Below are positions 1 through 9,132 of a stretch of 32,000 bases of DNA, in pieces. The stretch lies in contig NC_010546.1 in assembly GCF_000017845.1 (NCBI RefSeq), forward strand, positions 2,400,001-2,432,000, in the 5' to 3' direction. Below the pieces are notes generated by a model. That model did not search any database. It was given only the letters and a program-made list of their open reading frames with translations, and was not told the DNA's origin. The DNA comes from Crocosphaera subtropica ATCC 51142. Lineage in GTDB: Bacteria; Cyanobacteriota; Cyanobacteriia; Cyanobacteriales; Microcystaceae. Position 1 is the first letter of the stretch; each line of letters opens with the position of its first letter. Both the position numbers and the translations under genes were made by a program.

Positions 1-860
1 AATAAACCCAATTCTTTTAATTTGGGGACTGTATGATGGTTCGTTCCTCCTGCGAGTTGCACCCATCCGGGTAAATCAGCGTTTAACACTTTTTTACCGA
101 GTCGAATGGCGGCGTGGGTGGTTCCTTTGCCAATATCTCCACTCATGGGACGACCATCGGTTTGCCAGATTAATTCGCAGGGTAAGGGGGAAATGATCTG
201 ATAAAGGGTTTGTAAATAATTAATTAACCCTTCCCCGTCAGGACAGCTAATGGCCAGAAGTTTCAGTTGTTTGACTCCAGGATATAATTGTTGCCACAGT
301 TGCTTAAATTGTTTTTCTCGTCCTACTTGGGTATGAATTTCGACGGCATCTATACAGTTATTTTGGATCAACGGTAGGATGGTTTTTGGCGTAATTATCT
401 GCGATCGCGTTTCAATTAAATTTAAAGGACAAATCGGTAAACAACGGCCACAACCGTAACATCGTTGTTCTATAATTCCTGAAGCATCAATAGCTTGTGC
501 TGGACAAATCCACTCGCAGGGACGTAAACAATCAGCAGGACATAAGGTTTGATTGAAATAGGCTTTACGAAAGTGGGGATCTTGTCCATCGTTTAAACTC
601 ACCATTAGTAAGGGTTTATTTATTTGGGGATATCCTTTATTTTCCGCGATTTTTGCCCATTTCATCCCTAGATTTATTCCTTCAGTCCCTGCATTGATAA
701 CTGCCGGATCAGCAGCGACATCGATACAGTCGGCACCAGCTAAAGTGTAAATTAGGGACAGATGACGAATGGCTGGCAAGTCTTGGAAACTTGCGCCACA
801 GATTAGTTTGAACCATTGTCCTCTCTTCAGAGAGGCTAAAGGGGATAATAAATCATTCAC
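1..860 (-). CDS. ldpA: LdpA-like Fe-S protein (light-dependent period protein), C-terminus cut by the window edge
   Basis: Minus-strand frame is open from GTG at 860 to the window edge. An in-frame TAG lies four codons upstream of the GTG. My translation is VNDLLSPLASLKRGQWFKLICGASFQDLPAIRHLSLIYTLAGADCIDVAADP..., followed by two Cys clusters, CPADCLRPCEWICP and CYGCGRCLPICP, as in 4Fe-4S-binding cyanobacterial LdpA. It is absent from the ORF track because it is incomplete. Confidence 0.7.
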   Translation of the reverse strand, partial: MNDLLSPLASLKRGQWFKLICGASFQDLPAIRHLSLIYTLAGADCIDVAADPAVINAGTEGINLGMKWAKIAENKGYPQINKPLLMVSLNDGQDPHFRKAYFNQTLCPADCLRPCEWICPAQAIDASGIIEQRCYGCGRCLPICPLNLIETRSQIITPKTILPLIQNNCIDAVEIHTQVGREKQFKQLWQQLYPGVKQLKLLAISCPDGEGLINYLQTLYQIISPLPCELIWQTDGRPMSGDIGKGTTHAAIRLGKKVLNADLPGWVQLAGGTNHHTVPKLKELGL

Positions 861-1005
861 TCTTCTATGCTAATAGTTTTAACTAAGGATTGTGAGATTT
901 TTCTTTGGGATTAACTGTGTTTGGGTTACTGCTCAAATATTTACTGGTTACATAATACAACATATTACAAAAATAATTCAATTATCAAGAAAATAATGGT
1001 ACGGC

Positions 1006-1578
1006 TTAAGACGGCGATCGCTTGTTGGGGGTTAATATTTCTTTAATTGCTGCGATCGCCAAACAACTAATACCTCCTAATTCTAATATCCAGTTAAGAC
1101 GAATTCCTCCTAATTCCCACCCTAATAACCGATCAACATGATGAAATGAAGTCGCTCTAATAATAATAAAAACCAACAAAAAAATAAGACCTAATAAGGG
1201 TAAAATAAATTGTTTTACTTTTGTTCCCATCCATTGCATTATAAACATAAAACTTGCACTACTAATGGCAACTAATCCGATGATAAAATCCCTTTGAACA
1301 AAACGTCTTTTTTCATACCATCCTTGTTTTATTGCTATTTTTTTACCCATTATCGTGAACCAAGATTGTAGGTCTAGTTGTTTATTAATTCCTAGTATGA
1401 GTAAAAGTAAAGATAATGCCCACCAAATCCAATGACTATTTTTCTTTTTCTGTCCACATTTGAAACATAAAATAGCTGTTATAAAATAACCCAAAACTGT
1501 TAGCCATCCCATAATAGTCGGATCGCCAATTCCAGGTTTCCAATTATTGCCTGAAATCATAAGTCCGTATTGTATCAT
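1006..1578 (-). CDS. hypothetical integral membrane protein (about 5 predicted TM segments)
   Basis: 190-aa ORF with several long hydrophobic stretches (WLTVLGYFITAILCF, WWALSLLLLILGI, FIIGLVAISSASFMFI, LPLLGLIFLLVFIII, LGGISCLAIAAI). I recognise no family. The gene is AT-rich. Confidence 0.5.
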   Translation of the reverse strand: MIQYGLMISGNNWKPGIGDPTIMGWLTVLGYFITAILCFKCGQKKKNSHWIWWALSLLLLILGINKQLDLQSWFTIMGKKIAIKQGWYEKRRFVQRDFIIGLVAISSASFMFIMQWMGTKVKQFILPLLGLIFLLVFIIIRATSFHHVDRLLGWELGGIRLNWILELGGISCLAIAAIKEILTPNKRSPS

Positions 1579-1913
1579 TATTTTTTATAGTAATAATTAT
1601 ATTAAATTAAATCATTAGCAAATATCATAAGTGATAGAATTCAATATTAACTATTCACTGATGAATGGGTAACTGAGAAGTTTTTTCTGAATTTTGTTGG
1701 TATCATTCTTAATGAGTTGATTAACTTATTAAAAAAATCTTAAAAATGGTTTATGCTGAAGATCAACAGCCAACTGTAGTATCATAGTTAGACTATTATC
1801 ATAATAATGACTCATATTTCTACTATGTTAGGGTTGAAAGCAAATTTTTAACCTTGGTTCATGGTTGTAACATATTTTAACTTGTTGATCTTCATAAATA
1901 AATACAAATTTGA

Positions 1914-3050
1914 ATGAATTTTATCTTAGTTTTTGGGTTACTTGTAGCAGGACTGGTCTTATTAGTAGTTGGGGCAGAAATTTTAGTAAGAGGGGCTGCT
2001 CGTTTAGCTGCAAGTCTAGGCATTTCCCCTTTGGTCATTGGCTTAACCATTGTTTCTTATGGGACCAGTTCTCCAGAAATGGCCGTGGCTGTGCAGTCTA
2101 GTTTAGCAGGTCAAGCGGATCTCGCTTTAGGGAATGTTATTGGTAGTAATATTTTTAATATTTTAGTCATCTTAGGATTGTCTTCTATTGCCATCCCCTT
2201 GATGGTGGCTCAACAGTTAATCCGTTTAGATGTTCCTATTATGATTGGGGTATTTTGTTTAACCTTATTTTTTGGCTTAGATCGCACCATCACTCGTTCT
2301 GATGGGATAATTTTGTTGATTGGTGGGGCAATTTACACGGGATTTTTGATTTATCAAGGGTCAAGACAATCCAGTGATCCAGACTCTGAATATGAAACAG
2401 AATATGGCAATAAAACTCCGTTATCCTTGATGCAATGGATTAAAAATATTGCCTTTATTTTATTAGGAGTCGGCTGCTTAGTCTTAGGATCACAATGGTT
2501 AGTCGATAGTGCCACAACCATTGCCCGTCAAATTGGAGTGAGTGATTTAATTATTGGTCTTACCATCGTAGCAGCAGGAACTTCGTTACCAGAATTAGCC
2601 ACATCCGTCGTCGCTGCTATTAAAGGAGAACGAGATATTGCTGTGGGAAATGTAGTAGGCAGTAACATTTTTAATATTTTAACCGTGTTAGCCCTTTGTG
2701 CCATTGTGTCGCCCATAGGGGTTCCCGTGTCTGATGCAGTCCTACATTTTGATTTACCTGTCATGGTAGCTATTGCCATTGCTTGTTTACCCATTTTCTT
2801 CACAGGCAATGTCATTGCTCGTTGGGAGGGATGCCTATTTTTAGCCTATTATCTGGCTTACACTACCTATCTCATTTTGTATGCAACAGAGCATGATGGC
2901 CTGTCAATTTTTAGTAGTGTGATGTTATTTTTTGTCATTCCCATTACTGCGATTACCTTAATGATTTTGACCATCAATAGCTTACGAAAAAAACAACAAA
3001 AAAAACAATTAAGGAATCAACCCAGAGAAAATAAAGATGAATTAAATTAA
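1914..3050 (+). CDS. CaCA-family sodium/calcium (cation) antiporter, YrbG-like
   Basis: 378-aa polytopic protein with the two alpha-repeat signatures GTSSPEMAV and GTSLPELAT, each followed by GNV(I/V)GSNIFNIL. The two halves are separated by a hydrophilic loop. This is the classic Na+/Ca2+ exchanger membrane-region architecture. Confidence 0.85.
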   Translation: MNFILVFGLLVAGLVLLVVGAEILVRGAARLAASLGISPLVIGLTIVSYGTSSPEMAVAVQSSLAGQADLALGNVIGSNIFNILVILGLSSIAIPLMVAQQLIRLDVPIMIGVFCLTLFFGLDRTITRSDGIILLIGGAIYTGFLIYQGSRQSSDPDSEYETEYGNKTPLSLMQWIKNIAFILLGVGCLVLGSQWLVDSATTIARQIGVSDLIIGLTIVAAGTSLPELATSVVAAIKGERDIAVGNVVGSNIFNILTVLALCAIVSPIGVPVSDAVLHFDLPVMVAIAIACLPIFFTGNVIARWEGCLFLAYYLAYTTYLILYATEHDGLSIFSSVMLFFVIPITAITLMILTINSLRKKQQKKQLRNQPRENKDELN

Positions 3051-3105
3051 GGTTTAATTAAGGGAAGTAAAACAACAGAGAAAGTGGTAGGGAAGAAAAG
3101 ATACA

Positions 3106-3909
3106 ATGAGTCTTGTGACCAGGAGAATGGAAAACATGAACATTGTGTTGAAAATTGGCGATCAAGCTATCTCATCTGAAGAGCTATATCCCCTACTCGC
3201 TCAGTATCGCTTACTACCACAACTAGCCAAAGAAATCATCATCGATCAAGCGATCGCCGATATCACCTGTACACCAGAAGAAACCAATCTAGCTAAGCAA
3301 CAATTCTATCAAAGACTACAAATCAGCGACGAAACTCAACTGAAAGCTTGGTTAGATGCTCATGGCATGACCCAAGAACAATTAGAAAAATTAAGTGTCA
3401 GGGATTTAAAAATCGAAAAATTTAAACAACTCACTTGGGCAGATAAATTAGATCCCTATTTTGTCAAATGTAAAGGACAATTAGATCGGGTGGTATATTC
3501 TTTAATCCGTACCAAAGATCCAGGGGTTGCCCAAGAACTCTATTTTCGCATTCAAGAAGGAGAAAACACCCTCAGCGAATTAGCTAGACAATATTCCCAG
3601 GGGTCAGAAGCCCAAACCGGGGGACTCCTTGGTCCAGTGGAACTCAACACCCCTCACCCTAAAATTGCACAAATTTTAGCAGCCAGTCGCCCTGGGCAAC
3701 TTTCCCCTCCCACTCAAATCGGAGATTGGTGGATTATTTTGCGGTTGGAGAAGTATATGTCAGCCCAACTAGATGACAAGACAAGACAACGACTCCTTAA
3801 CGAACTCTTTCAAGGTTGGTTATTAACCCAACTTCAACAAAATGTTTCTTTTTCTCCCCCTCAAGTTTCTGCCAAGAAAGAACAGAGTTATACTGGGCAG
3901 TCGAGTTAA
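3106..3909 (+). CDS. parvulin-type peptidyl-prolyl isomerase (SurA/PpiC-like)
   Basis: 267-aa ORF. The C-terminal half (VYSLIRTKDPGVAQELYFRIQEGENTLSELARQYSQGSEAQTGGLLGPV...GDWWIILRLEK) resembles a PpiC rotamase domain. The start is uncertain: ATGs at 3106, 3127 and 3136. AGGAGA at 3121-3126 best fits the 3136 start. Confidence 0.65.
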   Translation: MSLVTRRMENMNIVLKIGDQAISSEELYPLLAQYRLLPQLAKEIIIDQAIADITCTPEETNLAKQQFYQRLQISDETQLKAWLDAHGMTQEQLEKLSVRDLKIEKFKQLTWADKLDPYFVKCKGQLDRVVYSLIRTKDPGVAQELYFRIQEGENTLSELARQYSQGSEAQTGGLLGPVELNTPHPKIAQILAASRPGQLSPPTQIGDWWIILRLEKYMSAQLDDKTRQRLLNELFQGWLLTQLQQNVSFSPPQVSAKKEQSYTGQSS

Positions 3910-4312
3910 ATCTATCTAGTTAAATCAACAGATAAAGCCAATCTCGTTGAAATCGTGGGAAAGATTCATTATAAAAAAGAGGGTCAAACTTGATTCTTTC
4001 CATCGACGGTAGAAAACCTTAGTTAGTCTCCAACACTGATCCAGTTGACAATCCGTCTGCTATTAATAATAATTCTCAATTAAAACCCAGTACACTGATT
4101 ATCTGAATCATGATCAACATTTGCCTGAATTTTATCGATCTAATGAATCAACAGTCCCGAAGGCTGTGGGTCACTCAGAACGGTTTTAGCCAGGGAAGTT
4201 TCTATGAACTTTAGTTAGTCCCTCGACATAGAAATGTTGGAAAAAAGTACAACCCTCCCAGTGCTAGAGACTAGAAGCATCAGTCTAAACCTCTCAAGTT
4301 GATTTCGTCATT

Positions 4313-7306
4313 ATGACTCATACTACCAGCGACATACAAGATTTTCTTCATCACATAGACCCCTTTGACCAACTATCGGAAACCGCCATCGCCACAATCG
4401 CTAATCAGTGTCAAATTTGGCGTTATCGTATGGGTCAAGTGATTTTGATGCGGGGGAAACTCTCCTCCTATGTGACCATCCTCTTAGAAGGACAGGGACG
4501 CTTATTAGGGTACGATCCTCGCACCCAAATGCCCAGCACCCTGCAACGATTACAACCAGGATCGATTGTTGGAGACGTTAACCTTGTACGGGGAGTTCCC
4601 TGTGAAACTGTTATTGCTTCGACAGAAGCCGTGGGATTAGCTCTCAGGGAAGAACACTTCTGGAGCTTATTAGAAGAGTATCCCAGGCTAAAAGAGCAAT
4701 TTCAAGGCCAATGTAGCTTAAGCGAACTTTACGATCTTCTTGGTACTTATTTAGCCCAACAAGCCCAAGGGGACATCAATATCAAAGCTTTAGCAGAGGA
4801 TCTCCTCGAAGATGCTCAAGTTTACTACCTAGAGCCAGGAAAAAATAGTTTACCCCCAGAGCATCAGCAACAACTCTGGTTAGTCAGTGGGGGAGGCACG
4901 CTTGAAAATTTTAAGGTAGGTAATCGTTTAATCTCAGATAATGGCAACCCATCAGTGGTGGTTACAGGCAATCAACCAGTCCGTGTCATCATTTTACCTC
5001 TTCTGGATCTAAGTAACACCCACAACCAAAGCCAGTTGAACTCAGTCCAAGAATCGTCTGCTATTTCTTTAGACAAAGTTGAAGAAGAGATTCCCTATGC
5101 AGATGTGGAAGTGGTGGGAGTTGCTCCTGCCCCAGAACCTTCCAAGAAAGAAAAAAGGCGCAAATCCTATCCGTTTGTCAAAGGAAAAACCCCGTTGGGC
5201 GTGGGTTCAGCCTGTTTTCAAATGCTGAGTCAATATTTTGGGATGCCCTATCGTCGGGATGTCATTCGTCGCATTTTAGCGCAACAATTACAACGAACAG
5301 GAACCCTCTCATTACCCTTATGTGGGGCGATTACCGAATTAATGGGACTCAACGCCCAATTAATTAAAATTCCTGCCTCTTCCTTTACCCAACTAAAAAC
5401 CCCTGCCTTACTTATCTGGCAAGATAGTCTCGCTATCTTATATGACGTGAGTGATAAAGAAGTGGTAGTGGCCGTGCCGGAACTGGGGATTTTACGTCGT
5501 AGTCCCCGTGAGTTTCTAGAAAGGTGGGGAGATACTGGAGAAGTCTTATTATTACAACCCACTAAAGAAACCCCCCAACAACGATTTGGTTTGAGTTGGT
5601 TTATTCCGGCCTTAAGACAATATCGTCGGGTATTAGCAGAAGTTTTTATTGCTTCGTTTTTCGTACAGTTATTCGGCTTAGCGAATCCTTTAATGATTCA
5701 GGTGATCATTGATAAAGTGATTGTGCAGAATAGTGCCGATACCTTACAAGTATTAGGAACATTTTTATTAATTATTGCTATTTTTGAAGCAGTGTTGACA
5801 ACCCTGCGAACCTATTTATTTGTGGACACCACCAACCGCATCGATATGAGTTTGGGGTCAGAAATTATTGATCACCTGTTGCGGTTGCCTCTGCGGTATT
5901 TTGAACGCAGACCAGTGGGGGAAATTTCGACACGGGTGAATGAGTTAGAAAATATCCGTCAGTTTTTAACAGGAACTGCCCTGACAGTAGTGTTAGATGC
6001 GGTGTTTTCTGTCGTTTATATTGCCGTGATGATAGTCTATAGTCCCCTGTTGACCTTGGTAGCCTTGGGTATCGTACCCATTTTTGTGGCCATGACCCTA
6101 GTTTTCTCCCCTACCATTCGCCGTCAACTGAGAACCAAAGCCGAAAGAAACGCCCAAACCCAGTCCTATCTGGTAGAAGTAATGTCAGGGATACAAACCG
6201 TTAAGGCACAAAATATTGAACTGCGATCCCGTTGGCAATGGCAAGAAAAATACGCCCGTTACGTCTCAGCCGGGTTTAATACGGTCATTACTTCTACCTT
6301 GGCTAGTTCTACCAGTGGCTTTCTCAATAAATTATCCGGACTATTAGTATTATGGGTGGGAGCTTATTTAGTATTGCAACAAGAACTCAGTTTAGGACAA
6401 TTAATCGCCTTCCGCATTATTGCCAGTTATGTTACTTCACCCATTTTACGACTGACTCAACTGTGGCAAAACTTCCAAGAAACCGCCCTCTCCTTAGAAC
6501 GGTTAGCGGATATTGTCGATACCCCTCAAGAAGCCGAACGGGATCGCAGTAATATTCCCATGCCAGCTATTCGAGGGGCAGTGAAATACGAAAACGTCTC
6601 CTTCCGCTTCAAACAACACGGTCCTTTGCAACTGAAAAATATCAATATTGACTTCCCGGCTGGTACCTTTATCGCTGTAGTGGGAGGCAGTGGTGCCGGA
6701 AAAAGTACCCTCACGAAACTGATTTCACGATTGTATGAACCCGAAGCTGGGCGTATCTTAATCGATGGTTACGACATTTCCAAAGTGGAACTGTATTCTT
6801 TGCGTCGTCAAGTAGGGGTAGTTCCTCAAGAAACTCTCTTATTCGAGGGATCAGTACAAGATAATATTGCCCTGACTAACCCCGATGCCACCACCGAAGA
6901 GATAATAGAAGCAGCCACCGTGGCCGCAGCCCATGAGTTTATTATGACCCTACCCAATGGGTACAATACCAATGTAGGAGAGAGAGGATCAGCCCTATCA
7001 GGGGGACAACGACAACGGATCGCCATTGCTCGATCAGTGCTGCAAAATCCCCAAATCCTAGTATTAGACGAAGCCACCAGTGCCTTAGACTATGCCACCG
7101 AACAGCAAGTCTGTTTAAACCTATTGAATGCCTTTAGCGATCGCACTGTTTTCTTTATTACCCACCGTTTAGGGACCATCAGAAGTGCAGATGTCATTTT
7201 AATGATGGATTCAGGATCGGTCGTTGAACAAGGAACCCACGACGAACTAATGGCTCTTAAAGGTCGTTATTACTACCTCTACCAACAACAGGAAGGCCAT
7301 CAATAA
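4313..7306 (+). CDS. ABC exporter, HlyB/bacteriocin-exporter type: N-terminal cNMP-binding-like domain, C39-like domain, 6-TM domain and nucleotide-binding domain
   Basis: 997 aa. Residues about 10-125 form a CAP/cNMP-like beta-barrel (GQVILMRG...GSIVGDVNLV...). Residues about 285-415 are C39-like (GVGSACFQMLSQYFGMPY). A type-1 exporter TMD follows. The NBD has Walker A GGSGAGKST, signature LSGGQRQR and Walker B ILVLDEATSALD. Confidence 0.9.
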   Translation: MTHTTSDIQDFLHHIDPFDQLSETAIATIANQCQIWRYRMGQVILMRGKLSSYVTILLEGQGRLLGYDPRTQMPSTLQRLQPGSIVGDVNLVRGVPCETVIASTEAVGLALREEHFWSLLEEYPRLKEQFQGQCSLSELYDLLGTYLAQQAQGDINIKALAEDLLEDAQVYYLEPGKNSLPPEHQQQLWLVSGGGTLENFKVGNRLISDNGNPSVVVTGNQPVRVIILPLLDLSNTHNQSQLNSVQESSAISLDKVEEEIPYADVEVVGVAPAPEPSKKEKRRKSYPFVKGKTPLGVGSACFQMLSQYFGMPYRRDVIRRILAQQLQRTGTLSLPLCGAITELMGLNAQLIKIPASSFTQLKTPALLIWQDSLAILYDVSDKEVVVAVPELGILRRSPREFLERWGDTGEVLLLQPTKETPQQRFGLSWFIPALRQYRRVLAEVFIASFFVQLFGLANPLMIQVIIDKVIVQNSADTLQVLGTFLLIIAIFEAVLTTLRTYLFVDTTNRIDMSLGSEIIDHLLRLPLRYFERRPVGEISTRVNELENIRQFLTGTALTVVLDAVFSVVYIAVMIVYSPLLTLVALGIVPIFVAMTLVFSPTIRRQLRTKAERNAQTQSYLVEVMSGIQTVKAQNIELRSRWQWQEKYARYVSAGFNTVITSTLASSTSGFLNKLSGLLVLWVGAYLVLQQELSLGQLIAFRIIASYVTSPILRLTQLWQNFQETALSLERLADIVDTPQEAERDRSNIPMPAIRGAVKYENVSFRFKQHGPLQLKNINIDFPAGTFIAVVGGSGAGKSTLTKLISRLYEPEAGRILIDGYDISKVELYSLRRQVGVVPQETLLFEGSVQDNIALTNPDATTEEIIEAATVAAAHEFIMTLPNGYNTNVGERGSALSGGQRQRIAIARSVLQNPQILVLDEATSALDYATEQQVCLNLLNAFSDRTVFFITHRLGTIRSADVILMMDSGSVVEQGTHDELMALKGRYYYLYQQQEGHQ

Positions 7307-7392
7307 AGCCAAGTTATAGTTGATCACGGGTCACTGATAACGGTTCACTGACCCATTTAACACCCCTTGAATTCTTTTTATAGGTATGAATT

Positions 7393-9132
7393 ATGATTAA
7401 CACCAATGGTAAACATGAAAGAGACGACGATCTCACGCAAAAAAACTCAGACCAAGGGTCATCGGCCTTAGCTACCACTGATAATGCTAACGATCCCTTA
7501 TCTAGAAACTTATTAGCCCCTATTACCTCCGAACACGCCGTCATCCTCCGTCAATCTCCTAGTTGGTCTAGAGGAGTAGTCTGGACGATTATTGGCGTAA
7601 CCACCGCAAGTATTGTCTGGGCGGCCATTGCCAAAATAGAACAGGTGGTGCCAGCACAAGGACAACTCAAACCCCAAGAAGCGGTTAAGGAAGTCCACGC
7701 CCCCCCCGTCGGTGGTGCAGTCGTAGAAGAAGTATTAGTCAAAGATGGGGAAAAAGTCAAACCAGGAGACATCCTAGTTATCTTAGATTCAGAAGCCAGT
7801 ACCGCAGAGTTAAAGTCTCTAGAAAAAGTCAAAGCTTCCTTAGAACAAGAAAATCGGTTTTATCGAACCTTGATGAATCAATCCCTCGACCCTTCAGACG
7901 TAGAACGAGCCATTATTAAACTCGATTTACCCACCGAAGTTGCAGCCCTTGCTCGCAACCGTGCGGCCTTAATGGCAGAAAACCAACTTTATCAAGTTGA
8001 ACTGGGTAATCAAGCCTCAGGAACCAGTTTAACCCCAGAACAACTAGCTAGACTCCAAGCTTCTCAAGCTGAATCTTCCTCTAGAGCATTATCAGCCCAA
8101 CTCGAAATGGATCAGCTAGAAAAACAACTCAGGCAAACTCAAGTGGAATTAGCGGATGCTAAAAAACAATTGCTCGATGATCGCAAAGTGTTAAACGAGA
8201 TTCAACAAAGAAACGAACAAGCCATTAAAGAAGCCAACAAAGCCCTCGAAATTGAAGAAGCCATACTACAAGATATTGGACCGTTGGCCGAAGAAGGGGG
8301 CGTGGCTCGCTTACAAGTAGAACGACAGCGACAAACCATCGCTGAACGACGACAACAACTGACAGAACAAAGAGCCAATGGCACCATTGAATACGATCGC
8401 CAAAAACAACAAGTTCAAGATCGTCTCAAAGAAATTGAACGATTTACAGAAGAAGAAAAACGCTTAAAAATTGCCATTAATCAGGCACAAGCTCGATTAG
8501 TCAATACCGTTAAACTAACAGAAAAGGACTTGAGGGACAAAATTGCTGATAATAAAGAAAGAATTGCTGATATTGACAGTCAATTGAATAAAACGATTAT
8601 CGAAAACGATAAAAGAATTGCTGAATTAGGGAGTCAAATCAGTCGCACAAACGTGACCCTTAAATATCAAGAAATTAAAGCCCCTGTAGGGGGGACAGTG
8701 TTTGATCTCAACGCTGGCCCCGGTTATGTTCCTCCCCCAAACCAAACCGAACCCCTCCTGAGAATTGTGCCTGATGATAATTTAATTGCTGAAGTGAATA
8801 TTACTAACCAAGATATCGGTTTTGTACGAGTCGGTCAGCAAGTTGATGTGCGAATTGATTCTTTTCCCTTTAGTGAATTTGGGGATATCAAAGGAGAAGT
8901 CATCTCCATTGGTTCTGATGCCCTAGAACCAGACGAAATTCATCAATATTATCGATTTCCTGCCAAAGTAGAACTGGATCAGCAATACTTAACCACTGCT
9001 GACCGAGAAATTCCTTTACAATCAGGAATGTCTGTGACTGCTAATATTAAAGTCAGGGAAAATCGTACAGTGCTAAGTTTAATTACAGAATTGTTTAATA
9101 AGAAAGTGGAAAGTCTCAAACAAGTGCGTTAA
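7393..9132 (+). CDS. HlyD-family periplasmic adaptor (membrane fusion protein) of a type I secretion-like system
   Basis: 579 aa. It has an N-terminal TM segment (VVWTIIGVTTASIVWAAIA) and a lipoyl-like motif (VKDGEKVKPGDILVILD). A very long Q/E/L-rich coiled coil follows, then a C-terminal beta-barrel (IKAPVGGTVFDL...VGQQVDVRIDSFP). It lies directly downstream of the ABC exporter. Confidence 0.85.
   Translation: MINTNGKHERDDDLTQKNSDQGSSALATTDNANDPLSRNLLAPITSEHAVILRQSPSWSRGVVWTIIGVTTASIVWAAIAKIEQVVPAQGQLKPQEAVKEVHAPPVGGAVVEEVLVKDGEKVKPGDILVILDSEASTAELKSLEKVKASLEQENRFYRTLMNQSLDPSDVERAIIKLDLPTEVAALARNRAALMAENQLYQVELGNQASGTSLTPEQLARLQASQAESSSRALSAQLEMDQLEKQLRQTQVELADAKKQLLDDRKVLNEIQQRNEQAIKEANKALEIEEAILQDIGPLAEEGGVARLQVERQRQTIAERRQQLTEQRANGTIEYDRQKQQVQDRLKEIERFTEEEKRLKIAINQAQARLVNTVKLTEKDLRDKIADNKERIADIDSQLNKTIIENDKRIAELGSQISRTNVTLKYQEIKAPVGGTVFDLNAGPGYVPPPNQTEPLLRIVPDDNLIAEVNITNQDIGFVRVGQQVDVRIDSFPFSEFGDIKGEVISIGSDALEPDEIHQYYRFPAKVELDQQYLTTADREIPLQSGMSVTANIKVRENRTVLSLITELFNKKVESLKQVR

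Noticed and set aside
2528-2815. ORFs of 61-104 aa nested inside or antisense to long, well-supported CDS. Track entries: 1910..2101, 2528..2815, 5248..5562, 6352..6552, 6526..6714, 6826..7077, 7314..7544, 7513..7698, 7551..7832, 8202..8387, 9863..10063, 11530..11781, 12879..13163, 15079..15309, 15220..15450, 17025..17216, 19363..19566, 22674..22871, 22786..22995, 24529..24768, 24669..24896, 25681..25902, 25961..26152, 26672..26875, 27140..27379, 28414..28608 and 30051..30260.
   Set aside because: Each overlaps a longer ORF with clear family motifs. Their translations are low-complexity or biased (R/S/C/P-rich, as is typical of antisense frames) and show no recognisable motifs.
4110-4214. 34-aa ORF (MINICLNFIDLMNQQSRRLWVTQNGFSQGSFYEL) upstream of the ABC exporter, considered as a possible double-glycine leader cargo peptide.
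   Set aside because: It has no GG/GA/GS cleavage motif in a leader-like context and no obvious ribosome-binding site. The exporter's C39-like domain also appears catalytically dead, so a GG-leader substrate is not expected.
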